Made by a program: the position numbers and the translations under genes. Of a stretch of DNA of 64,000 bases, positions 46,045 to 54,728 are shown piece after piece (the stretch's first letter is position 1; every line of letters begins with the position of its first letter). The DNA is from Lachnospiraceae bacterium (lineage in GTDB: Bacteria > Bacillota > Clostridia > Lachnospirales > Lachnospiraceae). The stretch spans positions 13,107 to 77,106 of the forward strand of contig JAFZSQ010000079.1 of NCBI GenBank assembly GCA_017619295.1. Direction: 5' to 3'. The notes under the pieces were generated by a model. It was not told the origin of the DNA. It was given only the letters and a program-made list of their open reading frames with translations, and did not search any database.

Positions 46045-46560
46045 ATGAAGTTTTTTAATGGCGAAGCCGATTCGGGAAGCAGAGGAAAAAGATTTATCGC
46101 ATTTGTTATGGATGCAATAATTGTTGTTGCTCTGTCATGGCTGGTTTATCATATATATGGACAGCCTGATTTCTATTCTGTAAAGGAAAACATGGATGCG
46201 ATAAAGGAGGCAGGGGGAAGTGACCCTGAGCTTACTGCCCGCGTAATGGCTGAGTTTAGTAAATCCTACATGGTATTGCTTATAACAGCCTTTGTTTATG
46301 AATCGGTTGTTCAGCTTTTGACAAAAGGGTCGACACTCGGAAAAATGATTATGGGAATCAGGGTGGTTTCCGTTAATCCGGCGAGCAAACCTGTTGCCCA
46401 CGCAGCTTTTCTTTGCTTAAGAAGCTTTCTTAAAATGCTGGCACTTTATCTTTTCAATGGAATACCGTTTATAATTTGCTGCATTACAATGTTTACAAAT
46501 TCTGAAAGCAGAAGCGGATTTGATATGGCTGCAAAAACACGAGTGGTTTCAAAAGGATAA
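46045..46560 (+). CDS. RDD-family membrane protein
   Basis: 171 aa with 3 TM helices and a spacing of Arg/Asp residues like the RDD family. Confidence 0.6.
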   Translation: MKFFNGEADSGSRGKRFIAFVMDAIIVVALSWLVYHIYGQPDFYSVKENMDAIKEAGGSDPELTARVMAEFSKSYMVLLITAFVYESVVQLLTKGSTLGKMIMGIRVVSVNPASKPVAHAAFLCLRSFLKMLALYLFNGIPFIICCITMFTNSESRSGFDMAAKTRVVSKG

Positions 46561-46574
46561 AAGGGGATTAAAGA

Positions 46575-48092
46575 ATGCGTCATTCTGAGGAGACGTTAAG
46601 GAAGATGCTTTTGCATCTTCAGGAAAGCAAAGACTTTGTCACATTGGACAACCTTTCGGAGGTTTTGAACATATCTAAAAGGTCCGTTCAAAATTACCTG
46701 AATAAGGCAGAGCTGTGGTTTGAAGAGCACGATATTACTGAAGCGAAACTCGTCAAAAAACAGGGGTGTGGAATTGCGCTTTCAATCGGAGAAGAAGATA
46801 ATCAGAAGCTCTCAAACCTTTTAAACAGCAGATATTTTACTCTTGCAGACGGAAGCGTGGATCGAAGAATTGAGCTTATAAGACTCTTGGTCCTTTCAAG
46901 GGACGAGCTCACTATACAGTTTTTGGCAGATCAATTCTATGTTAGCCGCTTCACTATTCTGTCAGATCTTGATTGGGCAGAAGCGTGGCTTTCCAAATTT
47001 AAACTAAAACTGTTCAAAACTCAGAGAAGAGGAATCGGAATTGTTGGAGATGAGGTATCCAGAAGAGCGGCTATAGCTGCGTACTTTGATTTAAAGGAGC
47101 AGAAAGAGCCCTATGCTGAATCCTACTCAGCCAATGTTTTTCGCCTTGCAATCGAAAGATTGCAGAAGATGGAAGAAATATATAATGAAGCCGACATTAA
47201 GAAGATATGCTCCATTATTGAAGAGGCGGAGAAAGAATTCGATTTTTACATGGATAATGAGTATTACACTTCCCTGGTTACCCATATAACCATAAGTGTT
47301 TACAGATTAAGAAACGGCTGCACCATAAAGAAAGAATTTATGCCTCCTGAAGGCGACTTCCCTCAGATGGAAATGAACACTTCGATGTTCATAGCCAAAA
47401 GACTGGAGAAAACATTTTCAATAAAACTCCCGGATTCGGAATGTAAATACATTTGTATTCATCTGATGAGCTACAATGCGTTCCATGAGGAAAACGAAAA
47501 CGAGAGGCGTGTGCCCGAGAGCATAGAAATGCTTACAATCCACCTTATTGAAGCGGTGGAGAATTCAACGGGTGGGGGATTTTCGTCCGATAAGCTTTTG
47601 TTCTTCGGAATTGCTCATCACCTAAAGAGTTCTATTTATCAACAGAAGGAGAATCCCGGAGTCAGATCTTCAAGAAATCTGGAAGTTCCGGCCGACTATA
47701 AAGAAATATATGAAAGTGTAAAGAATCAGTCCAAGCTCTACAAGGAGTACAGCGGCATTAAGCCGGATGAACAGGAGCTATTGGCACTGACTTTATACTT
47801 TGCCCTTTCACAGGAGAGGACCACCTATCGAAAGAGGGCACTTCTTGTTTCAGGAATGGGTATTCTTCCATTGTTGGAATTAAGAAGTTACCTTCAAAAG
47901 AAACTTCCTCAGATAAACATTGTGGATGCATGTTCCGTTTACCAGCTAAGCCTTTATCCCGAGAACGCATATGATTTCATAATCACCACCGTTCAGATAG
48001 ATAAGTCCGACAAGCCCATTGCAGATATCTCCCATCAAACCAAAGCACAAATGGTAAAGAACCTGGAAGAATTCTGCGTACTGGGTATGTAG
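46575..48092 (+). CDS. PRD-containing transcriptional regulator (LicR/MtlR/Mga-like; HTH + PRD, no obvious EII domains)
   Basis: 505 aa. N-terminal HTH (LSEVLNISKRSVQNYL), a second wHTH-like region, and PRD-like helices with conserved His (LVTHITISVYR, YICIHLMS). Confidence 0.72.
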   Translation: MRHSEETLRKMLLHLQESKDFVTLDNLSEVLNISKRSVQNYLNKAELWFEEHDITEAKLVKKQGCGIALSIGEEDNQKLSNLLNSRYFTLADGSVDRRIELIRLLVLSRDELTIQFLADQFYVSRFTILSDLDWAEAWLSKFKLKLFKTQRRGIGIVGDEVSRRAAIAAYFDLKEQKEPYAESYSANVFRLAIERLQKMEEIYNEADIKKICSIIEEAEKEFDFYMDNEYYTSLVTHITISVYRLRNGCTIKKEFMPPEGDFPQMEMNTSMFIAKRLEKTFSIKLPDSECKYICIHLMSYNAFHEENENERRVPESIEMLTIHLIEAVENSTGGGFSSDKLLFFGIAHHLKSSIYQQKENPGVRSSRNLEVPADYKEIYESVKNQSKLYKEYSGIKPDEQELLALTLYFALSQERTTYRKRALLVSGMGILPLLELRSYLQKKLPQINIVDACSVYQLSLYPENAYDFIITTVQIDKSDKPIADISHQTKAQMVKNLEEFCVLGM

Positions 48093-48121
48093 GTGCAATA
48101 CGCAAGTTTGGGACAGGTTTG
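48090..48121 (+). repeat. Direct repeat copy 2 (32 nt)
   Basis: TAGGTGCAATACGCAAGTTTGGGACAGGTTTG starts at the regulator's TAG stop. It retains only the left arm of the copy-1 terminator hairpin. Confidence 0.9.
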
Positions 48122-48123
48122 GG

Positions 48124-48153
48124 TTGACAAAACACAATTCCTTATCGTATATT
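48124..48153 (+). promoter_or_regulatory. Sigma-A-like promoter for the argS leader (TTGACA-N18-TATATT)
   Basis: -35 at 48124-48129 and -10 at 48148-48153. Confidence 0.5.
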
Positions 48154-48200
48154 GATTCCAATATTATTGAAGGAACACGGAAATGACCAATTTGATTATT

Positions 48201-48367
48201 AACAGCTTAAGACGCAGACAGAGAAGACATAAGTTCTTGTAACCATTGAAGAATCGCATGGTTGCAGGAACGTATGTCTTGTTGCCGTGCGGTGCTGTTA
48301 AATAGAAATATAAACAGAACCGTAATTGATTTAGCAAATTGCTTTAAATCCATTGCGGTTTTTTTTT
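48201..48367 (+). promoter_or_regulatory. Structured argS leader with intrinsic terminator (T-box-like architecture; class unconfirmed)
   Basis: A 99-nt Stem-I-like helix spans 48201-48299, built from P1 AACAGC/GCTGTT, a 16-position P2 and P3 AACCAT/ATGGTT. Its 3'-side internal loop is GUUGCCGUGCGGU. A long terminator hairpin at 48318-48360 runs into a T-run ending at 48367, 29 nt before the argS ATG. Confidence 0.55.
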
Positions 48368-48395
48368 ATCAAAAAATAAGGAAAGGGAAGAAATA

Positions 48396-50099
48396 ATGAA
48401 AGAAGAAATTTGTAAAGCAGTATCGGAGATACTTGAGCAATCCGGGCTTGAGGGTGGAGCGAATGTGACAATAGAAACACCTCCGGACAGCAAAATGGGA
48501 GATGTTGCAATCCCGTGTTTCGGGCTCGCCAAGGTTTTGCATAAAAGCCCTGTTAAGATTGCTGCTGATTTGAAAGAAGGTTTAGTGCAGAAAAAGGAGT
48601 TGCTTGGACTGGATAAGATAGTCGCCGACGGAGGCTACTGTAATTTATTTGTTAATAGAACCCTATTTGTTAAAAACACCTTAATCTACTCATCTGATGA
48701 AAACCTGGGTGTAGATAAGATTGAGGGGAAGAAGACAGTTTGCATGGACTATTCTTCACCCAATATTGCAAAGAACTTCCATGTAGGGCATTTGCGAACG
48801 ACCATAATTGGAAACTCGCTATATAAAATATACGAAAAGCTTGGTTATAAGGTTGTTCGAATAAATCATCTAGGTGATTGGGGAACACAGTTTGGAAAAC
48901 TGATTGTAGCCTATAAAAAATGGAGTAATAAAGAAAAAATCGAGAAGAATGGAATTCAAGAACTTCTGGACATATATGTTAAGTTCAACAGTGAAGCGGA
49001 GAACCATCCCGAGCTTATGGATGAAGCCAGGGACTGGTTTGTAAAGATGGAAGCAGGCGATGAAGAAGCCCTAGTCTTATGGAAATGGTTCAAGGATATC
49101 AGCATGATAGAATTTGAGCGTGTATACAATATGCTCGGATTCTCATTCGATACATATACGGGAGAGAGTTTTTATCGAGAGAAGGTCCCGGGGCTTGTTG
49201 AACTTTTGAAAGAGAAAAAACTGCTGGTGGAAAGCCAAGGCGCAAACGTAATAGACTTATCTGAGTATAATATGCCCCCTTGTATGATTACGAAGAAAGA
49301 TGGCAGCTCAATTTATCATTCAAGGGACATAGCCGCTGTGTTATATAGGAAGGAAAAATATGATTTTGACAAATGCCTGTATGTCACCGGATTAGAACAA
49401 ACTTTGCACTTTAAGCAAGTATTTAAGGCGATAGAACTTATGAGCTTTGACTTCTACTCTGGGTTGGTCCACATTCCGTATGGTCTTGTAAGTCTTGATG
49501 GAGAAAAACTCTCAACCCGAAAAGGAAATATAATCTATGCAGAAGACATACTAAAGGAGGCTGTTAAGCGAGCCTATGAACTGATTGAAGAAAAGAATCC
49601 AACCCTTCAAAACAAGGAACAGACAGCTAATAAGGTCGGAATAGGTGCAGTAATATTCCATGATCTTTTCAACCAGCGAATAAAGAATATCAACTTTTCC
49701 TGGCAGGAGGTACTTAGTTTCGAAGGAACAACAGGGCCTTATGTTCAATATACATACGCAAGGTCAAAAAGTGTACTTCGCAAAAACGGGGTTGTACCGG
49801 TGGAAGAAAACATAGACTATGAGAAGTTAACAGACGATGTTTCTTTTGAGCTCGTAAAAACAATAGGAGAATATGGAAAAGCTGTACACATAGCGGCGGA
49901 GAACTATGAACCGTCAGTAATAGCTCGATATTTAATTAACCTGTGTACCGGCTTTAATAAATTCTATCAGGAATGCCCAATACTTAGGGAAAAGGATGAT
50001 AAAACAAGAAAGGCAAGGTTGCAACTGGTGGAGATAGTTCAGCGAATAATTCATGAAGCCAGTGAACTTCTTGGTATGGAATGCCCTGAAGAGATGTAA
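48396..50099 (+). CDS. argS: Arginyl-tRNA synthetase
   Basis: 567 aa with class I HVGHLR and a KMSK-like LSTRKG motif. Confidence 0.95.
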   Translation: MKEEICKAVSEILEQSGLEGGANVTIETPPDSKMGDVAIPCFGLAKVLHKSPVKIAADLKEGLVQKKELLGLDKIVADGGYCNLFVNRTLFVKNTLIYSSDENLGVDKIEGKKTVCMDYSSPNIAKNFHVGHLRTTIIGNSLYKIYEKLGYKVVRINHLGDWGTQFGKLIVAYKKWSNKEKIEKNGIQELLDIYVKFNSEAENHPELMDEARDWFVKMEAGDEEALVLWKWFKDISMIEFERVYNMLGFSFDTYTGESFYREKVPGLVELLKEKKLLVESQGANVIDLSEYNMPPCMITKKDGSSIYHSRDIAAVLYRKEKYDFDKCLYVTGLEQTLHFKQVFKAIELMSFDFYSGLVHIPYGLVSLDGEKLSTRKGNIIYAEDILKEAVKRAYELIEEKNPTLQNKEQTANKVGIGAVIFHDLFNQRIKNINFSWQEVLSFEGTTGPYVQYTYARSKSVLRKNGVVPVEENIDYEKLTDDVSFELVKTIGEYGKAVHIAAENYEPSVIARYLINLCTGFNKFYQECPILREKDDKTRKARLQLVEIVQRIIHEASELLGMECPEEM

Positions 50100-50131
50100 A
50101 AAAGGGTAGGCTTGACCTATCCCTTAATTTT

Positions 50132-51124
50132 TCAATATCCTCTTTGCATTTTTTTAAAGTATTTTTCATATTCTTTACCAGATTCGGTGACAACTTCGGG
50201 GTTGCGATCCTCAATGGTTTCCAAAATATAGTCCGTGTAATAATCCCTGTGGCGAATTGGCCACTGCATGTCTGCAATCTGAAAGGTTTCAAAGTCTTTG
50301 TTAAGAATCTTTATACATGTATGAGTAGCTAAATAAACTTGGTGATCTTCCCTGTATGCCCAAAGTATATCGGAGTATTTAACGGCAACAAGGAAGTATC
50401 CGAAACTCACTATGTAATTGGGGGTTAGATAGGTATGACACTCTTCCATGTATTCTGTCTCAGGGGCTTTTAATTCTTCATTTATGATTGCGGCTTCCGT
50501 ACCGGAGATGCAATCCTGAGTTTTGTTGTATCGGAAGAGGACGATGCACCCGATAAATAAAAGGCCAAAGGCAGTAATGCCGACGAAGACTGCAATGATG
50601 AAGACGCCGGTTTCCTTGTAACTCATGGGTCCTACACTGATCATTCTGTCGCAGAAATACGAGTTGAAACTCTCTGCGGTGAACTGCTCATCAGGGTCCT
50701 GAACCATTCGGTTATAATATGCGATGGCTTTGTCAGTGGCTTCATTACTGATTTTTTCCATAACGCCTATAACTTTGTATGATTTGTTTATGGAAACAGC
50801 TTCTCTTATTTTGGAGTATGTGGAATCATGGCAGGACATTATATAGATTCCATCTTCGTCGGCAATATAATAGTATTCTCTGGAATTGACGTATCCTATG
50901 TATCTGGGCATAATCGACACGTCAACATAAACATAAATATCCTTCGATAATAATCTTTCATCTTCGTAAGCGTTTGAAAAAGAGATGCTTTCTGCCTTGA
51001 ATCGTTCTTTGAGTAGTCCGACAGAATAGAATAAAACTGTTGTAAGAACAGCAAGAAATAATCCCAAAAGAACGGATTTTTTACAGGATGACACTTCCTT
51101 GTCCAAGAATTCGTTTTCAATCAT
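50132..51124 (-). CDS. Two-TM membrane protein of unknown function
   Basis: 330 aa with TM helices near residues 18-40 and 170-195. No motif recognised. Confidence 0.55.
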   Translation of the reverse strand: MIENEFLDKEVSSCKKSVLLGLFLAVLTTVLFYSVGLLKERFKAESISFSNAYEDERLLSKDIYVYVDVSIMPRYIGYVNSREYYYIADEDGIYIMSCHDSTYSKIREAVSINKSYKVIGVMEKISNEATDKAIAYYNRMVQDPDEQFTAESFNSYFCDRMISVGPMSYKETGVFIIAVFVGITAFGLLFIGCIVLFRYNKTQDCISGTEAAIINEELKAPETEYMEECHTYLTPNYIVSFGYFLVAVKYSDILWAYREDHQVYLATHTCIKILNKDFETFQIADMQWPIRHRDYYTDYILETIEDRNPEVVTESGKEYEKYFKKMQRGY

Positions 51125-51189
51125 ATTATAATCCCCACATAAAAGATAATACCCTGATAGGTGAAATTGTGGCCAGTCCCCGATTGCAC

Positions 51190-51957
51190 CTATTTGTCAA
51201 AGAACAACCTCTCGGCGTTGTCCTTAGTTATTCTCTCCACTTCTTCCGTGGTGATTCCCTTACATTCTGCCAGAACTTCCACTACATAGGGAAGGAGGAG
51301 AGAGCAGTTTCTTTTTCCTCTAAAGGGAACCGGTGCCAGGTAAGGGCAGTCGGTCTCAAGAAGGATTCGATCCAAGGGCATTACTTCTAGAGCTTCACGA
51401 AGTTTCTTTCCATTCTTAAAGGTAAGAACACCGCCAATACCGAAGTAAAAGCCTAGTTTATTGATAATCTCGGCAGACTCTTTCGTGTAGGAATAGCAAT
51501 GCATTACACCGCCGACTTCCTCTGCTTTCTCTTCAAAGAGAATATCAATGGTATCCTTAGCTGCTTCTCTCGAATGTATTATAATAGGAAGATTTACTTT
51601 CTTGGCCAGAGCAATTTGCTTTCTGAATGCGTCTTTCTGAATCTCTCTGTCAACGTTATCCCAGTAGTAATCAAGGCCGATTTCACCGATAGCTACGACC
51701 TTTTCATTCTTACAAAGTTCCTCAAGTCTGGCCAGTGAAAAATCGTTAATCTCATCAGCCGAATCGGGATGAACTCCCACAGCCGCATATATATAAGGAA
51801 ACTTCTCCGAGAGAAGGACAGATTCTTCGGTTGAGTTCATATCCGCACCGACATTGATAACTCTATCTATATTGTTATTCGGAAGGGATTTAAGGAGCTC
51901 GTCCCTGTCCTCATCAAACGCTTCATCATTGTAGTGAGCGTGTGTATCGATAATCAT
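51190..51957 (-). CDS. tatD: TatD-family metal-dependent hydrolase/DNase
   Basis: MIIDTHAHYNDEAF and a conserved His/Asp pattern, 255 aa. Confidence 0.9.
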   Translation of the reverse strand: MIIDTHAHYNDEAFDEDRDELLKSLPNNNIDRVINVGADMNSTEESVLLSEKFPYIYAAVGVHPDSADEINDFSLARLEELCKNEKVVAIGEIGLDYYWDNVDREIQKDAFRKQIALAKKVNLPIIIHSREAAKDTIDILFEEKAEEVGGVMHCYSYTKESAEIINKLGFYFGIGGVLTFKNGKKLREALEVMPLDRILLETDCPYLAPVPFRGKRNCSLLLPYVVEVLAECKGITTEEVERITKDNAERLFFDK

Positions 51958-52022
51958 GCGTAACCTCCTGTTTTTCTTGACATCGTCTATTATATTAGAG
52001 TATTATTTTACTGTTGTAAATA

Positions 52023-52096
<74 letters not shown>

Positions 52097-52154
52097 TGGT
52101 GAAATTACAAGGGTTTCAAGATTTTGAAACCCTTATATTTTTAGGAGAACATAA

Positions 52155-53180
52155 ATGGACAGCACGGTAATTGTGAATGAAGGAAATCCTAAGAAGGGTG
52201 TTACAGGAACAACGCTAAAAATCATCGCAATCGTGACAATGTTTATCGATCACTTTGCAGGTATTTTGGTATCACCTTATTTGAACCAACTCTATGAGAG
52301 GGCAACCGATTTGGGTAATGGCCAAGGGTTGTTGTACACACATCCGGAAATTCTTGTGGGAAGATTCCTATACTTTCTTATGAGCGCTATCGGTCGTTTT
52401 GGTTTTCCTATTTTTGCTTTTCTTTTAGTTGAAGGCTTCACGCATACCAGAAGCGTAGCAAAATACGCCAGAAACCTTGCCATCTTTGCAATCATTTCAG
52501 AGTTACCATTCAACCTGGCTCTAGGTAACAAGCTTTTTTATCCCAGTCACCAGAATGTGTTTTTTACGCTGTTTTTGGGACTCATTTGTATTTGGATGAT
52601 TGATAAGTTTGCTTTCAATCGCCAATGGCCGGAAAAACTGGCTCCTCTTAGCTATCTTGCATCAGCTTTATTGGGAGCAGCCTTAGGCTATTTCTTTACA
52701 CGAACATGGATTATTGTTATTCTTTGGAAACTTGTCGATGTTCCGAACTATTGTTATTACATTGCCGGAGCCGTAATAGCGCTGATTATCGCGCTGATTG
52801 TGCATTTGATTGTCAGTCGTCAATGGGATACGGAACGAAAGAACAGATATACCGTAGCAGTTTTTATCACGTTGGTATTTGCGGCTTTGGCTACTGCTTT
52901 GGGTACTGACTATAACGGAATAGGAATAATGACAATTACTATTCTGTACCTTTACAGAGCCAATAAGAAAAAGGCTTTTGCATTAAGTTGTGTTATACTT
53001 ACAATTCTCTCACTTCTTGAATGCGCGGCATTCCTGATGCTGATTCCCATTTCAAAGTATAACGGGGAACGTGGTAAGACTATTAATAAGTATTTCTTCT
53101 ATGCTTTCTATCCAGTACACTTGGGGCTTTTGTATCTGGTAGCGTATCTGTTAGGTATCGCGCCTTTTGCAATAAAATAA
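52155..53180 (+). CDS. TraX-family membrane protein
   Basis: 341 aa, polytopic, with the N-terminal pattern LKIIAIVTMFIDHFAG. Confidence 0.7.
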   Translation: MDSTVIVNEGNPKKGVTGTTLKIIAIVTMFIDHFAGILVSPYLNQLYERATDLGNGQGLLYTHPEILVGRFLYFLMSAIGRFGFPIFAFLLVEGFTHTRSVAKYARNLAIFAIISELPFNLALGNKLFYPSHQNVFFTLFLGLICIWMIDKFAFNRQWPEKLAPLSYLASALLGAALGYFFTRTWIIVILWKLVDVPNYCYYIAGAVIALIIALIVHLIVSRQWDTERKNRYTVAVFITLVFAALATALGTDYNGIGIMTITILYLYRANKKKAFALSCVILTILSLLECAAFLMLIPISKYNGERGKTINKYFFYAFYPVHLGLLYLVAYLLGIAPFAIK

Positions 53181-53187
53181 GATAAGT

Positions 53188-53224
53188 AAAGAGGTAAGGA
53201 AATAATCCTTGCCTCTTTTTTTTT
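53188..53224 (+). terminator. Rho-independent terminator after the TraX-family gene
   Basis: AAAGAGGTAAGGA-AATAA-TCCTTGCCTCTTT followed by a T-run. Confidence 0.8.
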
Positions 53225-53280
53225 CTCATTTTTGCCGATATAAATATAGAAACCCCTAATTATGCACATGGAGGTGCGGC

Positions 53281-54249
53281 ATGAAGATAGAAAATAAAAC
53301 AATTTTTATGGGAGACGACACCCTGAAGAGTCGTCATGCAGAAGGAAATAACAAGGACAAGACTCAATCCACCAAAGCCTTAAGTGGTGTTGCTTTTAAA
53401 GAGAATCTTGACCCCATAGTCCAGAAGAAGAAAAAGGCAAGACAACAGGCTATAAAAATAATTGGTGATGCATTCAAGAATGAAACCAAACTTGACATGG
53501 AGCAAGAGGAGCGTCGCCAACGACTTAAGGAGCTCGAGGCTGAAATCGGTGAATATAAGGAAGCTATAAGGAATATAGAGAATGAACGAGCAGACCTTAG
53601 AAACCTATACGAGGTCCCTGAAGGTAGTGATGAAGAAAATGATCTTCGACTCCTTGAAAGAGAAGTCGAAAAAGAAATGAGGTTTAAAGGCAAAGTTGTA
53701 GTCTTCTCACGTGAGGAACTAGAACGTCTTGACGAAATCCATAAAAAAGGTCTTTCTGAGTACCAGGAAAGGTCTCTTGAAATGAAGAAATCCGAAAAGT
53801 TTTATAATGATGGCGCCTTCGATGATGAGCGGGAATTCAGAATCGTAAAAGAAACCTTAACTCAAACAAAACTTGAGCGCCTGAAATACCATCCCATGCT
53901 TGATGCCCGCGAAAAGGCTGATGCTGTTCTTGATGCTGCAAGTGATGAAATACTTGGTATGCTCTTTGAAGAAGGAAAAGAGCACGTAGACGAAGAATTA
54001 GAGGAAAAGGTCGAAGAAGTCAAAGAACAGAAAGAAGAAAAGGAAGAGTTCGAGGAAAGAATCGAAAAAGCAAAAGAAAGAAAAGAAGACGAGAGGAAAC
54101 TTACAGAGGAGATTCTCGAAGGTGTTTCCGGCCTGCAGGCTAACAGTGCAGATTTGAGCAACGCGCAAGATCAGGTTAAAGAAATGCTTAATAATCTAAA
54201 GATTCTTGAAGAAGACATCAAGGGCGCAGCAGTGGATGAGGAAGTATAA
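53281..54249 (+). CDS. Glu/Lys-rich predicted coiled-coil protein of unknown function
   Basis: 322 aa with no TM helix and long charged heptad-like stretches (EELEEKVEEVKEQKEEKEEFEERIEKAKERKEDERK). Confidence 0.55.
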   Translation: MKIENKTIFMGDDTLKSRHAEGNNKDKTQSTKALSGVAFKENLDPIVQKKKKARQQAIKIIGDAFKNETKLDMEQEERRQRLKELEAEIGEYKEAIRNIENERADLRNLYEVPEGSDEENDLRLLEREVEKEMRFKGKVVVFSREELERLDEIHKKGLSEYQERSLEMKKSEKFYNDGAFDDEREFRIVKETLTQTKLERLKYHPMLDAREKADAVLDAASDEILGMLFEEGKEHVDEELEEKVEEVKEQKEEKEEFEERIEKAKERKEDERKLTEEILEGVSGLQANSADLSNAQDQVKEMLNNLKILEEDIKGAAVDEEV

Positions 54250-54391
54250 GTTACAAATCTGTGGTGAAAAAGGGGACAGTCCTGCTTGGCACACTACGCA
54301 TGCCAAGACACGACAGTCCCCTTCCTGCACCTAAAAATTTGCAAAAAAAACACCGACCCCGGGGATAAACCCCAAAACCGATGCCTTGGAA

Positions 54392-54464
54392 TGCGCCTTC
54401 AGGGACTCGAACCCTGGACAAATAGATTAAGAGTCTACTGCTCTACCAACTGAGCTAAAGGCGC
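54392..54464 (-). tRNA. tRNA-Lys (anticodon CTT)
   Basis: The reverse complement folds as a cloverleaf. Acceptor stem GCGCCTT/AAGGCGC, D stem GCTC/GAGC, anticodon loop CTCTTAA, T arm CAGGG-TTCGAGT-CCCTG. Confidence 0.9.
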
Positions 54465-54647
54465 GCTTTTTCTGAACGCAAATATGATTATATTATATAG
54501 ATTCGCACTTTGCAACACTTTTTTTTATAAAAATCCCATTTTCTAGGGTATTCCGTCAAATTCAACAAGAAATTCTTAGAAATTCCCCACTAAACAATGG
54601 CAAGTTGTCACATTCTGAAATTTTATTACACATCGCGAATAGAATAA

Positions 54648-54677
54648 TTGACAAATAACTTTCTGCCATGATATATT
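54648..54677 (+). promoter_or_regulatory. Sigma-A-like promoter with extended -10 (TTGACA-N18-TATATT, TGA preceding the -10)
   Basis: -35 at 54648-54653 and -10 at 54672-54677, about 50 nt upstream of the SBP gene. Confidence 0.45.
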
Positions 54678-54728
54678 TAAGTTGCTGAAACAAAGTTACA
54701 GCAACCCACTTAAAAGGAGGATATTACT

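Noticed and set aside
48281-48320. Canonical T-box 14-mer / UGGN bulge upstream of the argS terminator.
   Set aside because: It was not found. The leader is therefore reported only as T-box-like, not as a T-box.
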